Positions 18,595 to 27,402 of a DNA stretch of 64,000 nucleotides are shown here, piece by piece. The first letter of the stretch is position 1. Every line of letters starts with the position of its first letter. The stretch is taken from IMG/VR virus record IMGVR_UViG_3300008107_000056, positions 2,700 to 66,699 of that record; one strand, given 5' to 3'. This stretch comes from a virus. The translations under genes were made by a program, and so were the position numbers. Under the pieces are notes generated by a model that made no database searches, was not told where the DNA came from, and saw only the letters and a program-made list of their open reading frames with translations.

Positions 18595-18620
18595 AAACAA
18601 ATAGGCTCCGTAGAGCCTAT
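18595..18620 (-). terminator. Intrinsic terminator
   Basis: ATAGGCTC-TACG-GAGCCTAT-TTGTTT on the minus strand (UNCG loop), just upstream of the terminase late box. Confidence 0.75.
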
Positions 18621-18645
18621 CTGAAACTTCCTTTTAAGGAATTAA

Positions 18646-19053
18646 TTAAGCAGTTGTAAAGGATGTTGCATCAGCTACAGTAGTTCCACTGATATCTTTA
18701 TCATTTGGTCCAACGCTAGTAACAGAATAGGTAAATGTGCTAACACCTGTTCTAACAGCAGTAGAGTCAGCACCAATTTGACGAATTCTATGCTGTAGAT
18801 CTGCGGCACTGGCATTGTAATCCATAACTAGATAAATCTTACCAGTATTGTCATTAGCAACAAAAAATGCCAATGGGTTAACTTCTCTAACTATTTGTTC
18901 AACTGTTTCTTCAACTGTATCATCTTCTGCACTAATATCTACAGCAGTACCGCCAGTGTTTTTTACTGTGCAAAGAAATAATTTGCTGTTTAATGGGTAA
19001 ATGGTTCCAGCTGTGCAAGCTAGTCCATTAATTCTTGTAAATCCGGCTGACAT
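18646..19053 (-). CDS. Hypothetical virion protein
   Basis: 135-aa ORF with AAGGAG SD, in the late region. Confidence 0.75.
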   Translation of the reverse strand: MSAGFTRINGLACTAGTIYPLNSKLFLCTVKNTGGTAVDISAEDDTVEETVEQIVREVNPLAFFVANDNTGKIYLVMDYNASAADLQHRIRQIGADSTAVRTGVSTFTYSVTSVGPNDKDISGTTVADATSFTTA

Positions 19054-19063
19054 TTAGTTCTCC

Positions 19064-20377
19064 TTATTGACCGTTTTTAAATTGGGTGTATGCTTGTAGT
19101 AGGCTCTCTTTAGTCATTACTGGAAAACCTTTTGGCATAGTGCCATCCATTCTGTCGCCTACATCAACTGCATTAGGCTGGTAAGCATGAGCATTTGTAT
19201 CTAACTCTGGTACCTCTCTTGGATCTTTAGGAGTATTGCCATACTCTTCTTCCATACTGCCAGTTAATGTTTCTTTATCATCGTGGTCGTGATCATGATG
19301 ATGACTATTCATGCTATCTGAATCACCACGAGAAATGATATCAATTGCTTTAACAATCGGCATTGGAGGCATTGGGGAGGATCCCAACATATCGCCTGTT
19401 ACAGGTTTAACTCCTGCTAGATTCATAATAGCTGCCAACATATTAGCAACTTCTTGTCCGTTGCCAGCAGTGGCATTAATACTTAAACTGGCTGTTTGAT
19501 TTGGTGTGCTAGGCATCATTCCACATTCTTCCAATTGAGTTGATTCATGCAGTGCTACGATTTCTTTTGGTTTAATAATGCCTGCAATATTGTCGCGTTC
19601 TGTAATTGACTTTTGACCAGATAATTTTAAAATATCAGCAATACTTTCTTTAGTGGTTTCTGGTTCTACTTGTCTACTATCGCTAGCGTCTCGTCTTTCC
19701 CCTTCTTGTCCGGCACCATCTACTGGTGTATCACCTGCATCTCGATCTTTAAATGCTCCTTGTGCTATGCCAGCCGGAGTGCCAAATATCTTACGTGCCC
19801 CTGCACCCACTATATCGGTTCCAAGATCAACTAGACTATCACCTGTAGGATCTGCCTCTGAGCTTGTTGCGGCTCGGTAACCTAATTCTGCTGTGCCAAC
19901 TGGTGCAGACCATTGCCAAATACTTTGAGAAGTAGGATCTGGTTTATCTACCTTTGCAGGAGTTACTATTTTACTGGCAGCATCTTTCTTAATTGCGTCT
20001 TGCCTTCCAACTATATTGTCAAGTCTAGAAGTGTCGCGACCACGAGTAGTTAGCTTATCTCGCATTTTGTCTAACTTGTCAATTCGAGCATCTGCTTTAT
20101 CTTGTCTTGCTACTTGAGCAAGATTTTTTTCTGCTTGTTTTTCTGCGGCCGCTACCTGAGTTTTGTAGGTATCAAGAACTCCGCCTGGCTTTGAATCGGC
20201 ACTGGAATAAGTTGTTTTAATATCTTTGTTCCAAATCTGTCTTGGATCCATTTTTTTAACTTGATTGCTTAGCCATTCACCACTAGCACCAAGTAAGTCG
20301 CTAGTTGCTCCTGCAAGTTTGGCTGTTTTTTCAACTTTTTTAGCTGGGCCTTCGTTCATCAATTCATTCATTTTCAT
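19064..20377 (-). CDS. Hypothetical protein, probable internal head protein
   Basis: 437 aa, low complexity; N-terminus MKMNELMNE; DILKLSG and IMNLAG motifs. Confidence 0.65.
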   Translation of the reverse strand: MKMNELMNEGPAKKVEKTAKLAGATSDLLGASGEWLSNQVKKMDPRQIWNKDIKTTYSSADSKPGGVLDTYKTQVAAAEKQAEKNLAQVARQDKADARIDKLDKMRDKLTTRGRDTSRLDNIVGRQDAIKKDAASKIVTPAKVDKPDPTSQSIWQWSAPVGTAELGYRAATSSEADPTGDSLVDLGTDIVGAGARKIFGTPAGIAQGAFKDRDAGDTPVDGAGQEGERRDASDSRQVEPETTKESIADILKLSGQKSITERDNIAGIIKPKEIVALHESTQLEECGMMPSTPNQTASLSINATAGNGQEVANMLAAIMNLAGVKPVTGDMLGSSPMPPMPIVKAIDIISRGDSDSMNSHHHDHDHDDKETLTGSMEEEYGNTPKDPREVPELDTNAHAYQPNAVDVGDRMDGTMPKGFPVMTKESLLQAYTQFKNGQ

Positions 20378-20385
20378 AATAATTC

Positions 20386-23031
20386 TTACCTTCTAGATAA
20401 ATGTTTAATTCTTTCTAACTCAGAAGATGGATCTTCTTTAACAGCGCGAGCAACATTTGTTGCCATTGCTGCCGCATCTCTTTTATTGACATCTCCTAGT
20501 TTATCAGCGGCCCATTGCACACCGTCACCAGCTTTGTCAACTCCAGCAGAAAATGCAATATCTCCTGCTAGTGCTTTTCCACCACCTTTTAATAAATCTG
20601 CTTTGCTATTAGCTTGATTTGCCAGTGCTCTAGCTTCTGGACTAGTTGCTACAGCTTTTACTCCTTGTGCAACATTTTTGCCACCTTGATAAGTCTTATG
20701 TAACATATTAGCTAAACGACCACCACGGGCAACAGCCGCTGTGCCTGCAATAGGTGCGGCTAATCCGCCAGTTGCGTAGGTTGCTAGGGCACCAAGACCT
20801 GTGATTCCAGCATCAATGGCTAGATCCTTATAATCATAATCAAAGTCTGGATGTAGTCTGTCACTCATACTCCATTCTATCAGTTCGTCTTTTAAAGAGT
20901 TTAATTGCAAAGACATTTCTTTTAAAGTTAGATCTTCCTTGACACTACCAGCGGCATGTTGGAGTGCTGGCGCAATGTCCTTCCCATCTTTTTGATCCTG
21001 TGCAATCATTTTTTGTAAATCGTTGGCACTTATTGTTGTTAAATCAATGTTACCTGGTGTAGAAGATTTTGTTCGTAGTCTATTACCAGTATTTTGAGAT
21101 GATTGATCAGCAGGCTGTCCTCTAAGGGCTTGTAATCTAGCAAGATCATCTGCGCTAATTATTTGCGATCTTTGTCTATCATAGATTGCTTTGCCTTCTG
21201 CACTATCACTTGCAGGACCAATCCATCCAAGACCTGGACGCTCTTTGAATCCTTGTCCTGCTACTGTATCATCAATCTCCCAGCTACCATGCACTGGATG
21301 TTGACCAGCGGGGGCGGCACGCCATCTCATTACATTACCAGTCTTAGGATCAACATCTCTGTCACCTTGTTTTAAATCAAAATGGCTTTTTTTCATGTTA
21401 CCTGTGGAAACTCGAAGAGAACTAGGATCAGATGATCCATATCTTGCCATTAAGTCTTTGTCTCGTTGTCTACCTTGAGCCGCTGCCAAATCGTCTAATC
21501 TTTTCTTTTCGGCTGCTAGAACTTCTTGATCTTTTCTTTCTTGTTCTTGTTTAGCATCGTCTGCCGCACGTTGTTCTGGAGTCCTTGGTACTAGACTAAA
21601 ATCTGTTTTGGGCATTTCTGGGACTACATACTTACCGTCTTTATCAAATGTCATGGTAGTACCATCTTTAAAATGAACGGTTCTACCTTTTCCTTCACCT
21701 GGCACTATTTTAGCTACGTCTTTTTCATCATAAAAGGTATTGGTGCCGCCAGTAGCACTTGGAACAACAGCGGCCTGGGCAGCACCATTGCCGCCACCAC
21801 CAGTAGTTACAGTAGCAGTGCCATCTACCTTGCCATCTACCTTGCCATCTACCTTGCCATCACCTCCACCGCTAGGATTTTGTCTAAAGTGAGCTAATAA
21901 TGCTAGATTTGCTGCCGCGGTGCCTGCGGTATATTTTCCTTTACCTAATATAGAATCAACTTTCTCTTGATTTAATCTATCAGTTCTATTTTTAAATGCA
22001 CCATTACTTGCTAAGGCTAGTTGTGCTCCTACACTTGTTCCTGTAGACGTGCCAGTACTTGCACCGCCTGCATCATTTTTACCGCCTTTACCGTCTTTAC
22101 CGTCTTTACCGCCTTCAGCTTCCCTACGTTTCTTTTCTTCGGCTGCGGCGGCTTCTTTTCTTTTCCTTTCAGCTTCAGCATCCTCTTCTCTTTTTTTCCT
22201 TGCGGCTTCTTCCTCTTCTCTTTTTTTCCTTGCGGCTTCCTCTTCATCTTTTTTCTTTTTTGCGTCAGCTGAATTTGTATCAGATGCTGGAGGACGTTCT
22301 TGTGCCGAACTATCAGCTGACGCCCCTCGCTTAGGATCAGCGGCCTTGGCTAGTTTCCATGTATTTGCATCAAGATTGTCTACAATTTGTTGTCTCAAAT
22401 TTTCATCCGATACTTTCCATATATCGCCTGGATTTTTTTTAACGTGAGCAATGTAAGCTCTCATTCTTCTAGCATCAGCACTATCACCGGTAGCAACGTC
22501 TTTATACGATTTGACGGTGTCCTTTCTATCTCTAATTATTTCCCACCATTCTTTTCTTCTTGCTTCTTCTAGTGGTTCACCTGGCTTAGGTGTGTCAATT
22601 TTTCTAGGACCTTGTTCAACATCTTTTTGTTGTTGTACACTAGCACTGGTGTTAGGTTGTATAGTTGGCTGTGAAGGCTGTGTTCGTTGACCAGCAACTG
22701 CTCCTAGAGCCGCCTTCATAAGTTCAATGTCTTTTTTTGGATCACTATATTTGGCTGGCTCAGCATCTGGCTTTTGATTTGGAAACTGTAGTGCCTTTAA
22801 TTGTTCTGGCGACAACTGATTAGGTTTATCGTAATCTGGTTGTTTGCCAGGAATTTTGTCTTGTGCATTAGGAGAAATTGAAGTAGGATTTTGATCAACT
22901 TCAGAACCTGTTGGACTAGTACCCTGCATCTTTGACATTTTATTTGCCATTACCAGATCTGGCATTGACATCTTATCTGGCATTGACTGATCTAATTCAT
23001 CTAATCTAGTAAAGAGTTCTCTAAAATTCAT
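20386..23031 (-). CDS. Large low-complexity hypothetical protein, probable internal head protein
   Basis: 881 aa; charged EEAARKK and DGKV repeats; N-terminus MNFRELF, C-terminus ELERIKHLS. Confidence 0.65.
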   Translation of the reverse strand: MNFRELFTRLDELDQSMPDKMSMPDLVMANKMSKMQGTSPTGSEVDQNPTSISPNAQDKIPGKQPDYDKPNQLSPEQLKALQFPNQKPDAEPAKYSDPKKDIELMKAALGAVAGQRTQPSQPTIQPNTSASVQQQKDVEQGPRKIDTPKPGEPLEEARRKEWWEIIRDRKDTVKSYKDVATGDSADARRMRAYIAHVKKNPGDIWKVSDENLRQQIVDNLDANTWKLAKAADPKRGASADSSAQERPPASDTNSADAKKKKDEEEAARKKREEEEAARKKREEDAEAERKRKEAAAAEEKKRREAEGGKDGKDGKGGKNDAGGASTGTSTGTSVGAQLALASNGAFKNRTDRLNQEKVDSILGKGKYTAGTAAANLALLAHFRQNPSGGGDGKVDGKVDGKVDGTATVTTGGGGNGAAQAAVVPSATGGTNTFYDEKDVAKIVPGEGKGRTVHFKDGTTMTFDKDGKYVVPEMPKTDFSLVPRTPEQRAADDAKQEQERKDQEVLAAEKKRLDDLAAAQGRQRDKDLMARYGSSDPSSLRVSTGNMKKSHFDLKQGDRDVDPKTGNVMRWRAAPAGQHPVHGSWEIDDTVAGQGFKERPGLGWIGPASDSAEGKAIYDRQRSQIISADDLARLQALRGQPADQSSQNTGNRLRTKSSTPGNIDLTTISANDLQKMIAQDQKDGKDIAPALQHAAGSVKEDLTLKEMSLQLNSLKDELIEWSMSDRLHPDFDYDYKDLAIDAGITGLGALATYATGGLAAPIAGTAAVARGGRLANMLHKTYQGGKNVAQGVKAVATSPEARALANQANSKADLLKGGGKALAGDIAFSAGVDKAGDGVQWAADKLGDVNKRDAAAMATNVARAVKEDPSSELERIKHLSRR
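21819..21861. repeat. 12-bp coding tandem repeat (DGKV, ~3.5 copies)
   Basis: TGCCATCTACCT repeated three times plus a partial copy. Confidence 0.85.
22181..22240. repeat. 30-bp coding tandem repeat (EAARKKREEE/D, 2 copies)
   Basis: TCCTCTTCTCTTTTTTTCCTTGCGGCTTC[T/C] twice. Confidence 0.85.
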
Positions 23032-23033
23032 AA

Positions 23034-23618
23034 TTATTTCTTCCCGCTAATTGGACTTGTGCTTGAACCTTCACTAAATTCAGGAGATGATTTAGAACCT
23101 TCACTAGGTATTTTTTCTCCTCGATCTTTTGCACGTGCCTTGCTTTCTTTAGCAAGATCTTTTAAAAGGCTCTGATTATATTTGCTACCATAATAATCAT
23201 CTGATTTAACTTTTGGTAGTTCTTTGTAATTTGGGTCGTCTAGTAGAGCGTTTTTACGCTTTTCATCAGTTTCTGCTTGATAGCCTTCGCTTGGCTCATT
23301 TGGATTACGTACAACAACATTGCCTGCTCCTAATTTTGCACCTGAGCAAAGATACTCATGTAATTCTTGAGGTGTTGTTGGATAATTTAAAGATACATCA
23401 AAGATGCTGACATTAACGTTTTTTAATGTAGGAAAATCCAAAGGCAGTCCTTGGATAGGTGTTGTGCTTTGTTTTGTAAAGTTGTCAACACCGTATTTTT
23501 CAAGTAGACTTTTGATGCTTTTCTCTTGATCTTCTGTGATATCCCCAGCGATTTTCAGCTTGAAGACATACTTCTTCTTTTCGAATGATTCAGTAATATA
23601 ATCTTTTAAAGTTTTCAT
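23034..23618 (-). CDS. Hypothetical protein with a T4-like capsid-targeting N-terminus
   Basis: MKTLKDYITE resembles the T4 internal-protein targeting peptide MKTYQEFIAE; late box at 23639-23644. Confidence 0.7.
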   Translation of the reverse strand: MKTLKDYITESFEKKKYVFKLKIAGDITEDQEKSIKSLLEKYGVDNFTKQSTTPIQGLPLDFPTLKNVNVSIFDVSLNYPTTPQELHEYLCSGAKLGAGNVVVRNPNEPSEGYQAETDEKRKNALLDDPNYKELPKVKSDDYYGSKYNQSLLKDLAKESKARAKDRGEKIPSEGSKSSPEFSEGSSTSPISGKK

Positions 23619-23637
23619 AACTCTATGACCCTTTGAT

Positions 23638-24126
23638 TTATTTATCTATGTTTTTTAACTTTTGCAACAGGCTATTCCTGTCAGTGACCACGAATCCTTT
23701 GCCCTCAACTAGGTTTCCATCGTCCCCATTCTGCTTCTGATCTAGGGCTTGTTTTTTGAGCTGTAATTCGATCATTTTAAGTTTTTTGTCTATCTTAGCA
23801 GATTTAGCTTCAATTGCATTTTTCAGCATACTGCTGGCTACTTCAAATATTCTTGATCCGTAACGTGCTTCTACATTCATACCTAGATCCATGAGATCAT
23901 CATAAGCATCTGTGGCTCTTTGAGCCAAAGCATCTAATTCGTTATCACTTAATTCGCCCAAGCCTTTGACCTGAGGCAGTGCAGAGCTGATTTTGTCAAA
24001 CTCTTCTATTGTACGAATTCGTTGTTCTGCGGTCTCCTGAATTTCCTCAGGTTTAATTATTTCTGCCGATATTTTCTTATCTGGATTTGGTGGCAGGTCT
24101 AGTAGTTCTTCAAGTTTCTTTGTCAT
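23638..24126 (-). CDS. Probable terminase small subunit (gp16-like)
   Basis: 162 aa, helical; RIFEVASSMLK resembles the RAYEVAGQLIK motif of T4-like gp16; terminal beta segment FVVTDRNSLL. Confidence 0.55.
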   Translation of the reverse strand: MTKKLEELLDLPPNPDKKISAEIIKPEEIQETAEQRIRTIEEFDKISSALPQVKGLGELSDNELDALAQRATDAYDDLMDLGMNVEARYGSRIFEVASSMLKNAIEAKSAKIDKKLKMIELQLKKQALDQKQNGDDGNLVEGKGFVVTDRNSLLQKLKNIDK

Positions 24127-24572
24127 CTTTTATTTTTCTTTGGATTATGAAATATGTCTTGCTCATTAATTATCCTAAAGACAATTCCGTTTTGTTTACA
24201 CCAGGCCCCTGCTGCCGCCCACTTTGCTTGATTTTTTACATACTGTGCCTGATTGTAAACATTTTTACCTACACGCTCCTTAAGCATTTGACTAGCAGGT
24301 TTGATCTCTACTAGTTCAGTTCTTTTATTGCCATGCTTGTCTTCATACTGTATTAAAAAATCTGGTACATAAACAGTTTGTCTGCCAGATAAAGGATCTT
24401 GATAAGGTATCTTCACACTTTCACTGGCCCAGTTTGTGATGTTAGGATGACTATCACACATATTCATAAAAGTCCACTCCCAACTGCTACGGTATATAGG
24501 TTCTCTACCTCCTACATACTTTGAAGGATTTTTTAAAAGAAATTTACCTTTAGAAAAATTACCTAAACTCAT
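24123..24572 (-). CDS. gp4: Head completion nuclease-fold protein (T4 gp4-like, TnsA-like)
   Basis: NPSKYVG, YRSSWE, WASE, YVPDF, VEIKP and N.AKW.AA motifs. Confidence 0.88.
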   Translation of the reverse strand: MSLGNFSKGKFLLKNPSKYVGGREPIYRSSWEWTFMNMCDSHPNITNWASESVKIPYQDPLSGRQTVYVPDFLIQYEDKHGNKRTELVEIKPASQMLKERVGKNVYNQAQYVKNQAKWAAAGAWCKQNGIVFRIINEQDIFHNPKKNKR

Positions 24573-24943
24573 GCTCTTATATTTCTTTGTACCAAGTTAA
24601 TAGGATTGGTTTTATAAATGATTCCAAGACTACTGGTTTTTACTCTGTTGTAGTTCATTATACTTAATAAAAATTCATTTAGCTGTAATGGATTATAACC
24701 TTTTAACGAATCAATAATTTCCTGTGGCTTGTAATTACTTTCTTTGGCAGTTTTTAAAATAACATAGGTTATATTTTCTGCCGCTGACGATTCAAATCCT
24801 TTACTTTCAAAAAATCCTTTTAAAAGATCAATATCTTCAACTACCAAATCAATTGGCTTAGAATAATAGTTGTCAAAATATTTAACAACTTTTTGAAGAC
24901 TGTTCTTGTCTGGACTGTTAGGTAAATTATTATATGTTGTCAT
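24569..24943 (-). CDS. Hypothetical protein
   Basis: 124-aa ORF coupled within the late operon. Confidence 0.75.
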   Translation of the reverse strand: MTTYNNLPNSPDKNSLQKVVKYFDNYYSKPIDLVVEDIDLLKGFFESKGFESSAAENITYVILKTAKESNYKPQEIIDSLKGYNPLQLNEFLLSIMNYNRVKTSSLGIIYKTNPINLVQRNIRA

Positions 24944-24945
24944 AT

Positions 24946-26697
24946 TTAAAATAGGCCATTTATTGATTCAAAATTGTTAACAGCAAATTTAGCTATTTCA
25001 AAAGTCCATAATGTCTTAGCCGCCACATTTGCATCTTCTAATGTTCCATTATCAACTAAAACTTGATTAGCGGCTTTAGAAGCATTTTTATTAATAGCCA
25101 CTATCAATGACTCTGGCATTTTATCGTAGACTTTCTTTAATTCTAAATTTGTTAGTAACGAAGTTAAAACAGTTCTAACTATTGAATCTGATTCATCAGT
25201 TGTGCTCAATGTACTAGCATTAGATTCTACATAATAAGAAACTGTACCACCACCTATCAATAGTCTTGCTGCCGCAGATGAAACGACATCAGGATTAGAT
25301 TCGCTTTCATAAATTTGAGTTACAGCTTTGGCAGCTAAATTATATAATTCATTTTTCTGTGATCCAGACAAATTATTATATGTTTCTACTAGATATGTGT
25401 TTTGATTTCTTTGTAATGCATCAATAGCATTATTAACTATTGCAGTGTTATTTAAATTTACATTTGTTGCAATATTAGAAGTTGAAATTGTTACTCTATT
25501 TTGTTCTAATGGTGCTATTTGTACATTTACGGCTCTAGGACTTACATTTGATCTACTAGTTGCTTCAGTATAAAATTCGCTAAACGTAGGTCTTGGTACT
25601 GACAATCCTTGAACAGCTCCAGTAACTCCATTTACTAATCCAAATCCAATAGAATTGATTGTAGCATTTCTTACTTCAGCGTTGACCACATCTTGATTTA
25701 AATTATTTGCATTATTGATAAGACGAACACCTCTAAGTATTACATCTAATCCGCCTCTAGCATCTGCATTTGGATTATCTTTCATGTCCTGCAAATCTTG
25801 GAATAAACTTGTTCCATCTGCAATTAAACCATTAGGGCCATATAGTCCGCCACTAAAGCGACCAAATATTCCACCTAACGGACTTGGGTCTAAATCATAA
25901 TGTAAGTCAGTCCATCCACTAGGATTAAACCTAGTAACTTTACCCTGGCCCATGTATAGACCTTCATATTCAATAGTAACATTGTGTTCTAATGTTGCTT
26001 TTGCATCAGAAGCAAGGGTATCCATGTTCCAACTTCTTATTTTTGGATTTACTAGAGTATGTAGGAAAAATTGTTTTCTACTTAATTGGTAAATTTCAAT
26101 ACTGCGTAGAACAGGTTCAGATGCATTAACGTCTAAACCGTAGCGAGCAGGATCTGTAGTGTTAATAAAATTTGAATCAGCAGGATTAGATCTTTCTAAA
26201 AGTTGCTGTTGTGTTACTGGTGTAGGTTGTTGATATCTATTTTTTGGGTTAGTAGGTATAATTCCAGGCGCGGCATTGTTGCCACCATAATAACTATCTG
26301 CACTATGATACTGATAATACATTTGCCAAAATTCTCTTACCAAACCTTTATTATCATCATGCAACACCATATTGACTGGCTGGTATGTTACTTTAGAATA
26401 GTATGGTTGCTTTTTGTTATAGACATTAATAACACCGCCGTCAAATGATATTTTTGGTAGGTCACATTTTTTAACCAACATGCCTAATTCTAAATCTTGT
26501 CTACTACTACGCCATGCTTCACCGTCTGCAACTTTTGGATTTAATCTAAAACGGACAAAATATAAAAAACCATGTTTAGGCGCTAGCCTATAGAAGTTCT
26601 GTACAAACAATCTATTGGCATGTTTGTAATCTTTTAAATTGGTGTCTGATAAATCACCACTGATACTGTTGAGAAAATTGGTAAAGATATTGGCCAT
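24946..26697 (-). CDS. Tail-tube-fold baseplate protein (gp48/gp54-like) with a C-terminal extension
   Basis: N-terminal half parallels the tube protein (CDLPKISFD...YNKK...YQPVNMVLHDD...W; TIEYE); next to gp19; late box 5 nt upstream. Confidence 0.6.
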   Translation of the reverse strand: MANIFTNFLNSISGDLSDTNLKDYKHANRLFVQNFYRLAPKHGFLYFVRFRLNPKVADGEAWRSSRQDLELGMLVKKCDLPKISFDGGVINVYNKKQPYYSKVTYQPVNMVLHDDNKGLVREFWQMYYQYHSADSYYGGNNAAPGIIPTNPKNRYQQPTPVTQQQLLERSNPADSNFINTTDPARYGLDVNASEPVLRSIEIYQLSRKQFFLHTLVNPKIRSWNMDTLASDAKATLEHNVTIEYEGLYMGQGKVTRFNPSGWTDLHYDLDPSPLGGIFGRFSGGLYGPNGLIADGTSLFQDLQDMKDNPNADARGGLDVILRGVRLINNANNLNQDVVNAEVRNATINSIGFGLVNGVTGAVQGLSVPRPTFSEFYTEATSRSNVSPRAVNVQIAPLEQNRVTISTSNIATNVNLNNTAIVNNAIDALQRNQNTYLVETYNNLSGSQKNELYNLAAKAVTQIYESESNPDVVSSAAARLLIGGGTVSYYVESNASTLSTTDESDSIVRTVLTSLLTNLELKKVYDKMPESLIVAINKNASKAANQVLVDNGTLEDANVAAKTLWTFEIAKFAVNNFESINGLF

Positions 26698-26714
26698 AAC
26701 GATATTTATCCATT

Positions 26715-26743
26715 AAAAAAGCCCAGAATAAATCTGGGCTTTT
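26715..26743 (-). terminator. Intrinsic terminator after the tail tube gene
   Basis: GCCCAGA-loop-TCTGGGC stem flanked by A/T runs. Confidence 0.85.
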
Positions 26744-26761
26744 GATCCGCTCCCGTGTCTC

Positions 26762-27388
26762 TTAACCAGTTAAACTAGTACGTAGCTGTCTACCTACGAA
26801 AGTACCGATACCATTTGGATTACCTGCGCCATTTAATTGTAGCGCATTATCGTATTGAATTGCCATTGTAATATCAACTGGACTGCTTTCTGCGTATGTT
26901 AATTCGTTATAGTTAATATCAGTTAAGAAACAACCATATAACTCAAATGTTTCCAAAACGCTTGGATCCTGTGCTCCGTTACCGCCGTCTAAAATCTCAA
27001 TTCTCATTGTAAACTTGTAATCGCTACCTGAAGATGCGCTTACTTGTTCTAACATGTCAAATTGTTTTTGTACCTGCTCGCCTACTAAGCGACTAACTTG
27101 ACCATTAACATCATCACGAACGGTCATATTGATTGGTTGCCATGTATGCTTACCAGCATAGAAAATCTTGCTGTTGTAAACATCCACAGTCTGCATATCA
27201 AACTGAACGTTTGGACGAGCAACTGTCATAACTTGTTTTGTTAATTCAGTTGTTGGTTTAGTAACGCCAAAGTTATCCATAAGTACACGGAATCTGTACT
27301 TGAGCTTAGGCATTAGTAAGCCTTGGCTTGTTGCGCTTTGGCCACCTGGAATAGGTACTGTAAATCTACTTAAACTTGAAATTGCCAT
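26762..27388 (-). CDS. gp19: Tail tube protein
   Basis: 208 aa directly downstream of the sheath; KYRFRV, AGKHTWQPI..TVRDD, LYGCF, IQYDNA. Confidence 0.85.
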   Translation of the reverse strand: MAISSLSRFTVPIPGGQSATSQGLLMPKLKYRFRVLMDNFGVTKPTTELTKQVMTVARPNVQFDMQTVDVYNSKIFYAGKHTWQPINMTVRDDVNGQVSRLVGEQVQKQFDMLEQVSASSGSDYKFTMRIEILDGGNGAQDPSVLETFELYGCFLTDINYNELTYAESSPVDITMAIQYDNALQLNGAGNPNGIGTFVGRQLRTSLTG

Positions 27389-27402
27389 TTATAGCTCCTT
27401 AA

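Noticed and set aside
24123-24572. TnsA-like endonuclease suggesting a Tn7-type transposon
   Set aside because: Motifs and context match the T4 gp4 head-completion protein; there is no transposase or terminal repeats
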